Both the position numbers and the translations under genes were made by a program. From NCBI RefSeq assembly GCF_000150275.1, contig NW_002060954.1, positions 868,001-932,000 of the forward strand: a stretch of 64,000 nt of DNA, written 5' to 3'. Source of the stretch: Trichoplax adhaerens (lineage: Eukaryota; Animalia; Placozoa). The stretch's first letter is position 1, and the number at the start of each line of letters is the position of its first letter. The notes beneath the pieces were generated by a model that was not told the origin of the DNA, made no database searches, and saw nothing but the letters and a program-made list of their open reading frames with translations. Below, in pieces: positions 1 through 13,477 of this stretch.

Positions 1-13
1 TTAAATAACCAAG

Positions 14-1868
14 GATATGGCTGGTCTGCTGAAACCTTCATCTGCGACTTTACTTATTAAGTCCTTACGTAAAGAATATCCATTAATACCAATTCATGTA
101 CATACACATGATACAGCAGGTGCTGGTGTTGCTTCTATGTTGGCTGCAGCAGACGCAGGAGCTGATATTGTTGATGTCGCCGTCGATTCAATGTCGGGTA
201 TGACATCTCAACCAAGTATGGGAGCAGTAATTGCAGCTTTACGTGGTCATGAAAGACTAGATACTGGTACAAAACATTTTTGCGTAGCATATATCACTCG
301 CTTGATAAATAATTAGATAATGATATCTCAATTTAAGTTCTAGCTTTTATAATTTTAAATTTAATATGAGCTGAAATTTTTGTACAGGATTTTCCATGCA
401 GGATGTACACGCTTACAGCGATTACTGGGAACAGACAAGGCAACTTTACGGACCATTTGAGTGTACTACAACTATGAAGAGTGGAAATTCGGATGTATAC
501 GATAACGAAATACCGGGAGGTCAATATACGAATCTCCAGTTTCAAGCATTTTCTTTGGGCCTCGCAAGTCAATTTGGTGATATTAAACGAAATTATGTGT
601 TAGCCAATAAATTACTCGGAGATGTCATCAAGGTTAGTAATAACGTACAGTATGATAAAGTAATTTAATTTATATTACATTTCAATGATCTACTTGGTCT
701 AAATTTGATTACTTTATTTCTTTTAGGTTACCCCGACATCTAAAATAGTTGGAGATTTAGCTCAGTTTATGGTACAAAACAATCTTACGGAAGATGATGT
801 AGTCAATAAAGCTGACGAACTCTCTTTTCCGACGTCTGTTGTCGAATTCATGCAAGGCCATCTAGGCCAACCGCATGGTGGATTTCCGGAACCCCTTCGT
901 AGCAAGGTCGGATACCGTTTTGAAAAAATGATCCATTTATCTATTAATTTCTTTAGCTAAAAAATTATTATTTGGTAGTATTTCACTTGCATGCTACAGT
1001 AATCGATCTTTCATTCAAATTTTAAAATTCTCAGACTAAAATTATGATCGATTTTCTATAAATGACAGATAATTAAAGACAGAAAAAAAATCGATGGTCG
1101 ACCAGGGGAATCCATGGAGCCCTTAAATTTTGAGAAAATAAAAAGTGATTTGGTGGCGAAGTATGGAGACCATATTCGTGATGTTGACGTACTAAGCTAC
1201 GCTTTATATCCGAAAGTCTTTGAAGAGTATCAAGGCTTTATAGAACAATTTGGTCCAGTTACTAAACTTGATACAAAGTTCTTTTTTAATGGACCAAAAA
1301 TTGGTGAAATGGTAATTGTAGAACTAGAGAAAGGTAAAACGTTATATCTTAAAGTCTTAGCAATTAGTGATTTACTGGCATCTGGTGAACGTGAAGTCTT
1401 CTTCGAAATGAATGGACAACTCCGGTCAGTTTATATCAAAGACTCGTCTGCCAGTGAGGTTCGTGATGAAATTTTATGTGATAGATACACTTGTATGTTA
1501 TGATTAGCTATATGTAGTTATTTATTATTATTTAATTTACTTCTATCTATCTTTGCACATATTCAATCATTTTAATATGGTTTAACTGATTGTTCTACGC
1601 ACATTTGTAGAATTCGGATATCCGACTTAAAGCAGATAAAAACAATAATGGCTCAATTGGTGCTCCGATGCCAGGTATGGTACAATCGATTTGTGTCAAC
1701 GAAGGCGATGAGGTTATCCAAGGTGATCAGTTAGTTATATTAAATGCCATGAAAATGGAAACTGTCGTAGTATCTCCAGTCAATGGTGTCATTTCAAGAA
1801 TAACAACAAATGTAGGATCAACCGTCTCAGGTGATGATCTATTATTGGAAATTCAAGAAAAGCTATAA
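14..1868 (+). CDS. PC: Pyruvate carboxylase, 3' part (5' truncated by window); exons ~14-266, 389-632, 727-906, 1069-1458, 1611-1868
   Basis: [32 protein letters not shown]|[27 protein letters not shown] and the biotinyl-lysine motif AMKMET; GT-AG introns. Confidence 0.97.
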
Positions 1869-2780
1869 TCTTAGGTGCTTAGATTCAAATTTATAGGGAA
1901 ATGACAACTACCTTTCATGTTCACCGCGTAAACATATACTACGAGTATACAGCATATACGCGTACACGTACAATATATGATAAAGTTATAAAGTTATAGC
2001 GGTTATATTTATGCTTAATTGTTACCAGTTTATAAATAAATAAACAAGCATTAAATGATTTTTATTGATGTTACGCGTATTTGATAGGTCTGTGACTTAA
2101 TTAAGTTGTTTTTATAATTACTACTTAAATACATTGTACATGATGTCAATAGTGGTATAAAGATACGTAAGCACCTAATTTCATACCTTGCTTACGTCGT
2201 CTTACGGACTTCCTCTACGCCATGTTAATACTACATAAGTAAGCTAGCGAAATAGGAATGGGATTATTTTTTTACTATCCGAATAGGCGTACTATATAAT
2301 GCACCATTATAATACTCGTAAACCCGTTCGATAATAGTGTGGCTAACGGATAAAAGGAATATGTTATCGAATCGAATTCGACGTAGTCTTTGAATTGAGC
2401 TAATTTAACTATCACGCAATACTATATATAATTTATCATGCGTACGAATACATTCATAAATGCTTATCAGACAGATAATGATGCCATATTCATTTCCATA
2501 TAGTGCTGTGCCTGACTTAATCAATCTAGTATATGCCCACATTATACACATTACCCGTGATATATATATATATACAATATACACTTAAAATTTATTACGT
2601 AGTCCGATGTAAAAATTTACTTTTTATTCTCGCTTCACTATAATGATTAAATAAGAATCAGTTAATTGATCTACAGTAAACGTAGTCTTGATGTACTCGA
2701 ATGTATGTACTGAGTTTACTCACAGAGAATCTAAAGTTAGAATAAAATAGAAAAAACTAAGGAAACAGGTTTCCTAATCG

Positions 2781-5700
2781 TTAGGAGGTTTTATCTCTAT
2801 CCTTCCGGGTCTTTTTTTACATCGACTTCCATTTCGGCCACAGCATCTGAATCTGCTTGCTTAACATTTGTGTTTGCTTCATTATCATTCTCAACATCAC
2901 TACTATCCGAAGTTGTTGTGCCAACTGTTGATTCCGTCTGGTAAATAAATGATTTACAGAGTTACGAAATAGCCTATGAATGTACCGTCGTATGTTAGAA
3001 TTTAGGCTTCTCAACCTACTTTTATTACATCGGTATGAGCATCGTAAATTTGATAAACATAGTGCGCCATTTGTGTCATATCATCGATAATAACTGATTC
3101 ATGGTCAGAATCCTTATCCACCTGCAGGATGTTACAAGAAATAGGCTTTAGTTTAACACAATACTTTCGAAATGTTACGGTACCTTACCTTTCTAGTAAA
3201 GTTATGCCAGTTCTCTTTAGGTAATAGGTGTAACTTCGTTGGCCTTTGCATAAGCTATAAATAAATTATAGTACGTAATGAAATATTTCAGTAATAATAC
3301 TATTACATTAGGTACATATCTGAAATAGATCTCACTGTGGGTTCGATATAGAAAATTTATGGTACTTACTACATTAAATGCTGGCGATAGCTCATAACAA
3401 TTTTGGAATAAGGATACGCGAGCAAACACGTAGAGTCCCAAACGTGCTCGGGACATAGCCACAACTAAACGACGAACATCACGTAGATGCCCTACAGCCT
3501 TAGTTCTAACCAAAGATAGTAAGATATAATCGTTTTGTTGACCTTGAAAGCGATCTACAGTTGTAACCTACGGTAATTTAAAAATATTCTTAATATTTTA
3601 TCTTCACAATGCGTTGGAGATCATGCTTACATACATAAACCCGGTAAAGATACAATATGATTTATATTCATCTTGAATGTTACTTTCTTTACCAGTTTAC
3701 TGAATTCTACTTACCTTATGCGGTTTTCCTATCAAGGGATTGTTGGCACAGCGCATGTTAATTACATCACGTATAAGATGTTTTTGACCGTTGTATGTGG
3801 TCAAAATTGAAATAGATTCTTTAGGGTAGCCAATCAGCCTCATGTACATATATGTAGCAACAACATATTCAGCTTCGGCTAGATTCTGTAATATTTAATA
3901 TATAGAACTGTAACGCAAGTAGTGATGTTATAAAAGGTCTTAATTATTGCTAAAACTATCACGTGAGTAAAAGATTTATAAAATCAGTACTTGAAAAAAA
4001 TGAGGATTGGGTTCTGATTCACCGGTGCCCTGGAAGTCCCCAACATCTATGAGCTGATAGTCAAATTGAAAGCCAGGATTGCTCAATTGAAACTCAGGCC
4101 ATGCTGCGGTATGTGATAAGTTTTCTAATCGTTTATATCGCCAACTATACAGTTTGCATAAGCTACAAGAAATAGATAATGTAAGAGAAAAATTTTTGAC
4201 TTAATATAGCATACTGCGATCGATTACCTGGCACGAGCTCTTCCTTGCGCATCTAGGTCAACAGTTGGGACTCCTAACTTTACGAAACGAGTAAATAGTG
4301 GCTGTTCCATATTGGAGAATTTTTGGAATGCCATATTCTTAATTACGGGGGGAAGCTACATAGAATAAGCATCCCAAAATATAAACAATTACCATATATG
4401 ATCAGATAAAGGGAGATGCATAATAATAATAATACCTGATGGTGATCACCAATTAATGTAACTCTTTTTAGCCTACTCTGACCATCTTCTGGATTCTATA
4501 GATTAATACGCGTAACACAGTCATCACCGGTAAGATTTCTAAGTTACTAGATTGTATTATCATAACACGGTCCTCATTTTACCTGAAGCATTAGTGGAAT
4601 AAATGTTTCAATTTCCAATATTTGTCCAGCTTCTTCCATCAAGACGTTATCGTACTAATCAGAAGTACACAAACATATATATTTATATATGAAATGTAAT
4701 ATAATTAATTCGATACACCTTATCAACAAATATTACACGCTCTTGACTAACTTTGAAACCTAGTTTAACTAGATCGTGGCGTTTTAACGCTGCATGAGTA
4801 CATGTCATGGCAACAATTCGTGCTTCTTTAATTAATAAGTAATTCGAACGATCTACGCCTTTGAATTAGCAGAAAGAATAAATCAATACAGTTACATTCA
4901 TCAAATATTTAATCATCCCAAATAATGACAATCTCTTACCATTTCTTAGCAGCTCGAAAGCTCTAAATTCCTTTTATTTAGAAGAAGTTAAACAGTTTAG
5001 AAATATGCCATATTCGCAAGTTTAAAGTGTAATATATACATATTTCAGGTAAATAACACTCTTAAATTTTTAAGAACCTCAAGTTCAGTAAAGATCTTCT
5101 TGATATGACGAAAGCATCCCTTCGTACAAAATAGAAGTATATTAATTAATTATTACTGAGAAATATTTAGATTTTATCTTTCTCACTTCCGCGACGTCCA
5201 AATCTTCAGAATAGGACTTTCCTGCGAAGAGGGGCTATAGAACATAAATTGGGATTAAGTACTAAGCGAGTGATACAGTCTTCATTTTTAATTCTTACTT
5301 GCTCAGCATCTTCAAAAAACTTTGTGAATGGAAACTGCTCACCTACAGCTTTGACATCCTACGGTGTATTTTGTATATATGATAAGTAATACGAAATCAG
5401 CGAGTAGAAAATCACATATGGCGATACTAACCTTAACAGATCCAATTCTATTTACATACTCTTCCCATCGTGAAAGAACTTGATAATGAAAGAAATGCCC
5501 AGCTGTCTCGCAACTATACGAGACATCACCGTGAATACCAATACTTTCCTAAGTTCAAAAGTAATAATTAACATCAATTTAAGCGCTTAACACTTTCCCA
5601 CGATATAATCAAACAAATACAAAAACAAAAATATTAAGCCTGACCTGCAGTTTTGCTACTTCATGAAGCAGCTGCAGACGACGTTCCAATATGTAATTGA

Positions 5701-8700
5701 CTCTTCCATATCTATGGAATCGTAACGATTTCATTCAATCGAGTTGAAAGATTAATAAATCATCGCTTTCTTTGTAAGCTAGATAAACATACCTGCTAAA
5801 ATCTCTTTCCGTTTCTAAAGATTCTTCCCCATGACCCAAACGCAGTAGGTGACGTTCGTCTATATCTAATGCTATTATCTTCTCGAATAATTGATTTAGA
5901 GCCTGAAGAAGATAAGAATAGCAGCTTCCTTAAAATTGACGCACCAGCGAAACGGAAGTGAGTTAATGCAAGACTATTTATACCTGATTTGAATGCGTAA
6001 CAATTAGAGTACGTTGATCTTGGAAATTATGATATAAATTTGATATAATCTGCACAGCTACGTCAGTTTTACCCGTACCAGGAGGACCAACGACCTTAAA
6101 ATTTAGAGATTCGTCTTAAGAGTATATAATTATGATTAATCTCTGAGTTCGCAGTAACTAACCAGAGTTAGTCCAGGCTGCATTCCAGAACGAATAGCTT
6201 CAACTTGTACAGGCGTAAATGGAACACAATTTCTGTCCATTCGTTGAAATAATAGAAGAAGGTTATAAAGTAAAATATAAAGCTATCTTAGTATCCCAAA
6301 AAAGCACAAACCTTTTAGGCTGGCTTGAAGGATACGGTCCACGATTTTCGATTACGTAAGGTTCTACTGAAATTTCATTGCTGTCGTTAGTATCTTCGGT
6401 ATCAGCTTTACGTTTTTTGCCTTGGCTAGGTGAGTCTATGAAGGTTAATCTGTCAAAATATACATAAAATCGTAAATAAAACGGAAAATCGATGCTCGAA
6501 ATTATATATTTATCTGGAGTACCTGAATGGGGGAACACGCTTAGCGCAATCCTCGGTTGACCACTTTAAGCGCGAAGGAAAGTAATTTAGCATTATAAGA
6601 AATAAATTATACCATGCTTCAGACACGAATTCCAGAATCAGAAATAATCTCATACCCGGATTTTATAATTTGGAAAGGAATTACAAAGATGATCCGATGT
6701 TAAGAAGGTATCGTTGAAGTCTAGCGTGGCAACCTGATTTGGCATACTTATAAAATAAAAGAGAGCATCCTAGATTAAAAGACTACACTATTTATCCATA
6801 CGGATACCGATGATAACTTTACCTTGCATAATTCGCAGCAGCAGGATTGCCATAGCCTAAGAAAACGTCATGAAGCCAATCCGGTACAACGCAAGAGGTG
6901 TTCATTAAGTCACGAATAGTGTCTAGGACGGCCTTTATTAATTCAGAGAAGATAATAGCAACGGTCAAAAGTAATAACTGATAGTTTTTCATTACGTTTC
7001 TGTTATTTACTTTGAAGTTATTCTCTTTAGGCTTTCTCCTAACGAGCAAATTAAAAGTTTCATAGACGTCCTGTTAAAGGAAATTGGTGAACGTGTTAGA
7101 GCTGTAATCTCTTAATTCGCATAAGTTAGGTATTGATCAATACTTCAGCTCCATGCACAGTATTTGCAATATCTTGTTGATATTGATTAGTATCCAGCCA
7201 AACTCGGAAAGTTCTACCATCAGATTTAAATTCTGGTTTCGGTTCAAATCCTGGTAAGACAAACAATATTAGCCACAGTCTCTTAATCGTCCGAACTACT
7301 GTGCAGTGTTTGTCTGTATTGATTAACGAGAGTCACGTTACTGCTAAGTACCATACCGCCTTCTTCAATAACTTTTCCTTGTTCATCCAGCATTCCTTCA
7401 ATTTCGCATCCTCTTACATATTCGATACCATACTGCGTTTTAAATGGTTTCATTTTGTCGAATTTTTGACCTGGTCCTATCGTAGCTCGGATCGTAACTA
7501 AGAACATTACATCATGCTTTTTTAAGCCTATTACGAGAGGAAAAAGTGATAGCATAAGAAAATAATTATAAATCGAGATAGCTCTACTTTCCATGATGTA
7601 TATGTTCGTCTTATACTACCTTCCCACTCTCGTTTAAATTCCTTCCTTACGTTAAGGTTGACAGATACATCAGCACGAACACGAGCTGGTCGACTCTCTC
7701 CAATGTTTGGCTTGATTACCTACATTAACGTGGGCACGTACATTATTATTGAATGTAGAAGGACAAGTAAATTGATTTAAAAATTAACTTGTTCAGTAAG
7801 TCGTAACGGTCGTACCTCGATAATAGTAAAAGCAACGATTGGCTGAAGAGATACATGGAGTGTTAGTACAATTTACAATAGAATAAATAAAGTAAAACTT
7901 AATTTAACCTGAGCCATCCTAGCCCATCCACTAAATTGAGTCATATTATCCTCAGTTAACCTATCAGAATTTAAAAAATTCAAATTTCGTCGCATAAACT
8001 CATATTAACGGAAATAAATTATACATTACATAGTTTACTTACCACGGTTTCATTCTTGAAACAGCGTCTTCAATGTCTCCACGAATTTCATCTGTCAAAA
8101 ATAAATGTCAACGCCTTCAACTTTAAATGAGTAAAAATGATTACAGTTAATAAATTTAACTTACATGTAGATTCAAGGCGGAATAAATTGAAATTTCTTA
8201 GTAGATAATCGTGCAAAGTCAGGAATTGCAAATTTAGTTTTGGCAAGGCTAAACAGTCTATTTTTAAACAATAAGAATTCGACTATAAGATAAAAATTTA
8301 TGTACAGTAGTTAAACATGTATCAATTGCATGACGTATATACCCGCTCCGGAATAATACTCAGATGGCACAATATTTTCATCCCATAGGATCTATTAATA
8401 AATTTTGTTTAAAGTAATCACTGCTAGGCTAGACAACTCAGTAGCTACAGTAAATTCGGAAGAAACATTCAGTATCTTACTTCCTCAGTGGGGTACAGGG
8501 GCATATCGTTGATGGCGTCCAGTTGAGACAGCCTTCTCTCGTATTTATATATCTATAAAATAAAATAGTATTCAGACGTTTCGATAATTTGATATAATAT
8601 ATTGGTAGCTGAATCTTAGTGACATTTTTGAAATTGTATTGGATAACATACCAAAAGTTCTATTAAATACTTTTTACTATATTGTTCATCATCTTTTTCA

Positions 8701-11700
8701 GGTTTGGGTACCAAATTTAGGCAAGAAGCGAGTTGATGAATATTCTCCCTCCTGAAATTACGACGTCAATGTCAGAAATTAAACTTTGTGAAGTATTAAA
8801 TCAATTTCAATGTTATAGAAATTGTTATGTAACTTACGGTAATTCACTTAAATATTTCATTATGGAATCTCTTGTATCAATACTTGCAACGTTATTTAAA
8901 GCGAGGTCGCGCAATTCAGGAAAATGTTTAAATACCATTCTCTATTATAATTAGTGACACAAAATTTATTAAAACAAAGTTGCTTTAATTTTACAAATGC
9001 GCGTAACCTCGCATTAAGGCTAGAGCAACCTTAATGGACATATTAGAACAACCTGAAGTGCTGTAATCTTATCATAATGGGCATCGGTAATATCATGATA
9101 AGACAATGCCGTTCCGGCGTGATCGTTGATTTCAAAAGCAGCATAAAACTTCAATATTTCTAGTAACTGTTAATTAAGAAAAAAATTTTAAGATATAGAT
9201 AATCCCTTTAAGTTTTAATAATTTTACATTATTGCAAGACAGGACCTGTGCAAAAAGTCTTCCTTCTTCTCTTTGAATCAGTGTTGATAGCTGACAGTTA
9301 ACCTTAACGACAATAATATCGATTATAAGAAGTAATTTTTTTAAATGAAACTCAAGGCTTTACGTATAATAAAAGCCCATGATAATAATAATAATCCAAA
9401 ATATCGTACCACGAAACCACAGCTATCCAATAGAGTATTAAAGAAACGTCGAGTTGGCAGCGCGGTCTACGTAAGACGTACAGCATTAGAGATTTACATA
9501 GACTAGTTAACTAATGCATTTTGCAGTTCATATCCCCTAACCTCGATATCGATGATGAACTCTAAGTATCTTTCACAATATTGAACTAAATCTGCTGATA
9601 TCGGGCCTATTTGATAATCAACAGAATAACGGGTCTATTATATATTATTCAGCTACATTTTCTTTAATTCATAATGATAAGTTTAGCCTCAACAGGTGAA
9701 GTTATAAAGCAATACCTGTTTCAGGAATTTTAGCTAAAATATCGAGAAACTTGTGCATAGACTTCCACAAAAATTGTCTCTCCTTGTTAAGGCTAAAACA
9801 AATATAACGATATCTAAATTATCGTACTAAATTATGACAACTTCCAAGGGCTTGTTACGTACACCAGTTGAGTTTCCTCATCCGCTTTGGAATAAGTTTT
9901 TTGAATGGACTTTAGACGTTTCTTATACTTTGGGTTATGCTGTACTTCCTGTTCCACTCGACCCTAAATAATGGAGATAAACGAATATAGCAGCTCTATT
10001 TAAATCTGTTATATACTGTATGTCTATATGCAATAAAATACAGAAGGTTATATTAAGGTTTTAACATCACTAGGTATTAATATCATTGATAACATTGCAT
10101 CGACGCTTATCATCACTAACAGGTAGTAAACATGTCCAAATGGCAATAGATACCAGTCCTTGAATTTCTCGACGTATGATATCGCTTTCCTATTTAATAT
10201 TCCAATTATGGTAAGTAATTTCATACAGCAGATAAAAGCGATAAGCAGCCTAAAGTTATTGAACTTCTATTCATACATTTATTAAGTACTACTGACTAAC
10301 CATACTGTTGAAGCAGTGAATCAAGAATAAAAGTAGCACAGTCTGTTCTTTGATTGTAATTTTCTAAGATAAGTAAAGAAAAATGATTAAATTTTGAGAA
10401 AAATGAAAAAGAATGGGTTTTAGTCATGAACTATAGAGAAGTAAATAAAAAACCAATGTTACCTCCCAATCATCTGTAGTTAGATTCATGATTTGACGAA
10501 ACAGCGCTTGAAAATTTTCGGGTCGATTTCTCAAAAACTATTAACAAGTATTGAAGAAAATAAAAGCACCAATGACAGTCAAATGATACATAGTGAATTA
10601 AGAATGGTCGTTTACCAGATACCCGATATGCTTGGCACGTTGCAAATATGAACTCAAACGTATAACAATCCCTACCTCCCACAATTGCACTCTCTCACGA
10701 AATTTCTCATTTATCATTACAGTAATGGATATGATATGGGATATCGAAGCCTAATAAATAGCCGTCGCATTAGCAATATAAATATAATGGTATCGATTAT
10801 TGATAATTAGGGCTGGAATCATAACATAAATATAAGATTTACTTAAGATACTAGACAGTCAAGTTACCTTTTGTGGATCATAGTGTGGCCACAAGTAATT
10901 TTCCAGGTACTGACTAAAATGAAAGAAAACTTTGAGTTTAATCCTATTACATTTTATAAATTGGTTATAGAAAAAGTAAAATTTCGTTATGCACAATCGC
11001 GAACTCACAATAATGCATTGAATGACAATTAGGTGGTACGAAATTAACACTATACTGTACCTAAATTCTAGCAACACCATGCGTCTAATGGAAAACCTAA
11101 ATGATAAGATAATTAAGCTGATTTTAGTACGAGCTAACATAGTTAAGATATAATATTATTCATATAGCAAAATGCTAGCTGGTTTAACAATTTGCATTTA
11201 TCTCACAGTAGATAAGGTAATGCCTATGATATATAAGATACTTTAACGATATAGAAATACTGTTACAGCTGCTGACAATGTTTACAATCATACTGCAGCA
11301 TAGCTTTCAGTCGATGCTTTGGGTTAAATATTAATTTTACATTTACCAAATTTATCGACTCAATTAATATTCAGCATACTGTGCCAGGCGAATATTTACT
11401 TACTTGCTACCGAGCATTTCCTCTTTATAAATTTTCTCAATAATCTGTTAGAAAAAGAATACAGATATTGATTAAAATTTTTAACAATTACTTCAAATGA
11501 GACTAGGCAGTGCTTCCGGCCAGTTGTAGGCATTCCAGGCAGCATTGAGTAAATTAATTATCATTCGACTCGAAACACAATTACAAAAGAAATTTATAAT
11601 TTCTTTATTAGCGAAAAATTGAGATGGCTGTACCTCAGGGTCATAGGGAGCTTTTTCAGAGCTATGCGGTGCCCAATACTTGATAGCATACTATAATGAA

Positions 11701-12143
11701 GGAGTAATGAGATGGCTTTAGTTTATAATCAATATATAATCAATCATCCTCAAATTCCACAAGAATAGTGTGAATAAGATCTACAGTACTACATCGTAGT
11801 TCTGTATTGAAAGACATGAAATGAACAAGAAATTGCAATAAGTTAAGGACAAGGTACGAACTTTACGCCACATATTGCGGTCTGCTAATTGATATTATGC
11901 AATTTTAATCGCAATTTAAGACCACTGAATCATAAGATCTCTATATAACCCTTTGCTTTACTATGCTTTACCTCGGTTAAGACGTCATTTTGTATTTGCT
12001 GGACAGTAGGAGCAACGACGTGACCTTTCTTCAATATTTCACCTGTCTTTTGGCCTCTCTCGTTCTATAGTTAATTTTAAGATTAATACCGATAAAACAC
12101 TGAAGAGTTATAATTATTATATAACTAGTATTATTGCTGCCAT
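2781..12143 (-). CDS. AQR: Intron-binding spliceosomal RNA helicase Aquarius (dozens of short exons; exact start exon uncertain)
   Basis: N-terminal [33 protein letters not shown]-loop [49 protein letters not shown]; acidic C-terminal exon 2938-2781. Confidence 0.95.
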
Positions 12144-12278
12144 CTTGGATATTATTTTACTCTACCCGTTTTACTTGATTAGACTTCATTTTGCTTCACT
12201 ACCACCTGATACGTAGACCTGACGTTGAAATCCCGTCACTGAAGTAAAGGAAGATATTGTACAATGCACATGAGTGAT

Positions 12279-12790
12279 CCAGTACAGTACAGTACAGTAC
12301 AGTAAGCTCGAGACCCTGTACTACAGTACAGTGTACTGTACACTGTACAGTACTACTGGCACTGTCAATGCTAAAATTCCCGCCGTCTCTAACTATATTC
12401 GTTACGGAAGTGATAGTGTTATAATATCTAGTGCATGATGGTGTGTACCAGTGCTCCATACAATCCTATTTGTAAAGTACACTGTACAGTACTCTACTGT
12501 ATGGTATGGCTTTCGAAATACTGTAACAGTACAGTACAGTATAGTCACGGCGTGCCTTAGTACTGACGACAGATAGACAGACATCGTATTCCTTTTCCTT
12601 AGCTACTCATCATACGCGAAGTACACTACAGTATAACGAACGTCAGTTTCTACCATGGACTACTAGATGTACAGTACAGTACTGTACACTCAGTGTACAG
12701 TATGTGCATCTAGTAATTTATGGTTCTACTAGTTATTACTAATCTGGATATCAAGCTACCACGTACTTCTATTAGTACAGTACAGTAAAA
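12279..12790. promoter_or_regulatory. GTAC array [(TACAG)n/(CTGTA)n, quasi-palindromic] upstream of AQR
   Basis: Runs such as cagtacagtacagtacagtacagta (12280) and tacagtacagtgtactgtacactgtacagtact (12322); 140-650 bp upstream of the AQR start. The repeat is seen; promoter function is inferred from position. Confidence 0.6.
12654..12722. mobile_element. 69-bp fold-back mini-element (CATGGAC...TTTATG), P/Galileo-like, with a near-perfect 7-bp target-site duplication
   Basis: Arm CATGGACTACTAGATGTACA pairs with TGTGCATCTAGTAATTTATG (transition mismatches); core TACTGTACACT-C-AGTGTACAGTA; flanks TTTCTAC / GTTCTAC. Confidence 0.5.
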
Positions 12791-12815
12791 AACTCTCCAC
12801 TAGCAGTCTCATAGC

Positions 12816-12849
12816 CAAAGAGGTAAGAGGTTTTTCTTTTACCTCTCTG
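12816..12849. mobile_element. 34-bp minimal TIR element (P/hAT-type) with perfect 8-bp TSD
   Basis: CTCATAGC|CAAAGAGGTAAGAG GTTTTT CTTTTACCTCTCTG|CTCATAGC; 14-bp inverted repeats matching at 12/14; TSD at 12808-12815 and 12850-12857. Confidence 0.75.
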
Positions 12850-13477
12850 CTCATAGCTAACACCGTATTATTCCATGCTTACGAGCAAAAATATTAGATG
12901 TAGTATTAATTCGTTGGTATACGACATCATATTAACACAACAATCAATATGTTTTCATCTGTTGGCATGACCCATATTATTACACGCCACTGCTTAATGA
13001 TATTTTTAATGTTCAAAGATTGTTGAATTGTAATCCATTGGTAAGGGGATAAGGGCTACATCAGAAATAAATCACCAATAATATTAGTACTGTACGTACA
13101 CTGTAAGGTATTTACTTGTCCTTAATAACCCTGACTATACCCAAATATTGTATAGAATACGGGTAAACTTTCACACCACCACAACTTTTGGATCGAAGTT
13201 GTATTACTATGATTATAATTGAGTAATCGATATCTGAGCGCTTTGTGGTATTTGGGAATTAGTTACGATAGAAACGTTATCTACTATGCTTATATTATAC
13301 TCGTAAACATACAGCATTATGCCAGAATGTGAAGATATGGTGTATCAGAATTAAAAAATAACATTATTGCGCCAATTTTAGAATATATATTTATTAAGCA
13401 GATCCTTATACATAGCTCTATTAACAATAAATTCGACCAATTTGATGGATTTGCTTTATACTGTATGAATAGTGATT

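Noticed and set aside
2817-3014. 65-aa minus-strand ORF as the AQR C-terminus
   Set aside because: The phase-0 frame (TESTVGTT...DKTS*, ending 2781) gives a more plausible acidic tail; not fully excluded without cDNA
7241-7255. GGTTCAAATCC resembling a tRNA T-loop/B-box
   Set aside because: It is the antisense of an AQR coding exon (GFEPKPEF); no cloverleaf around it
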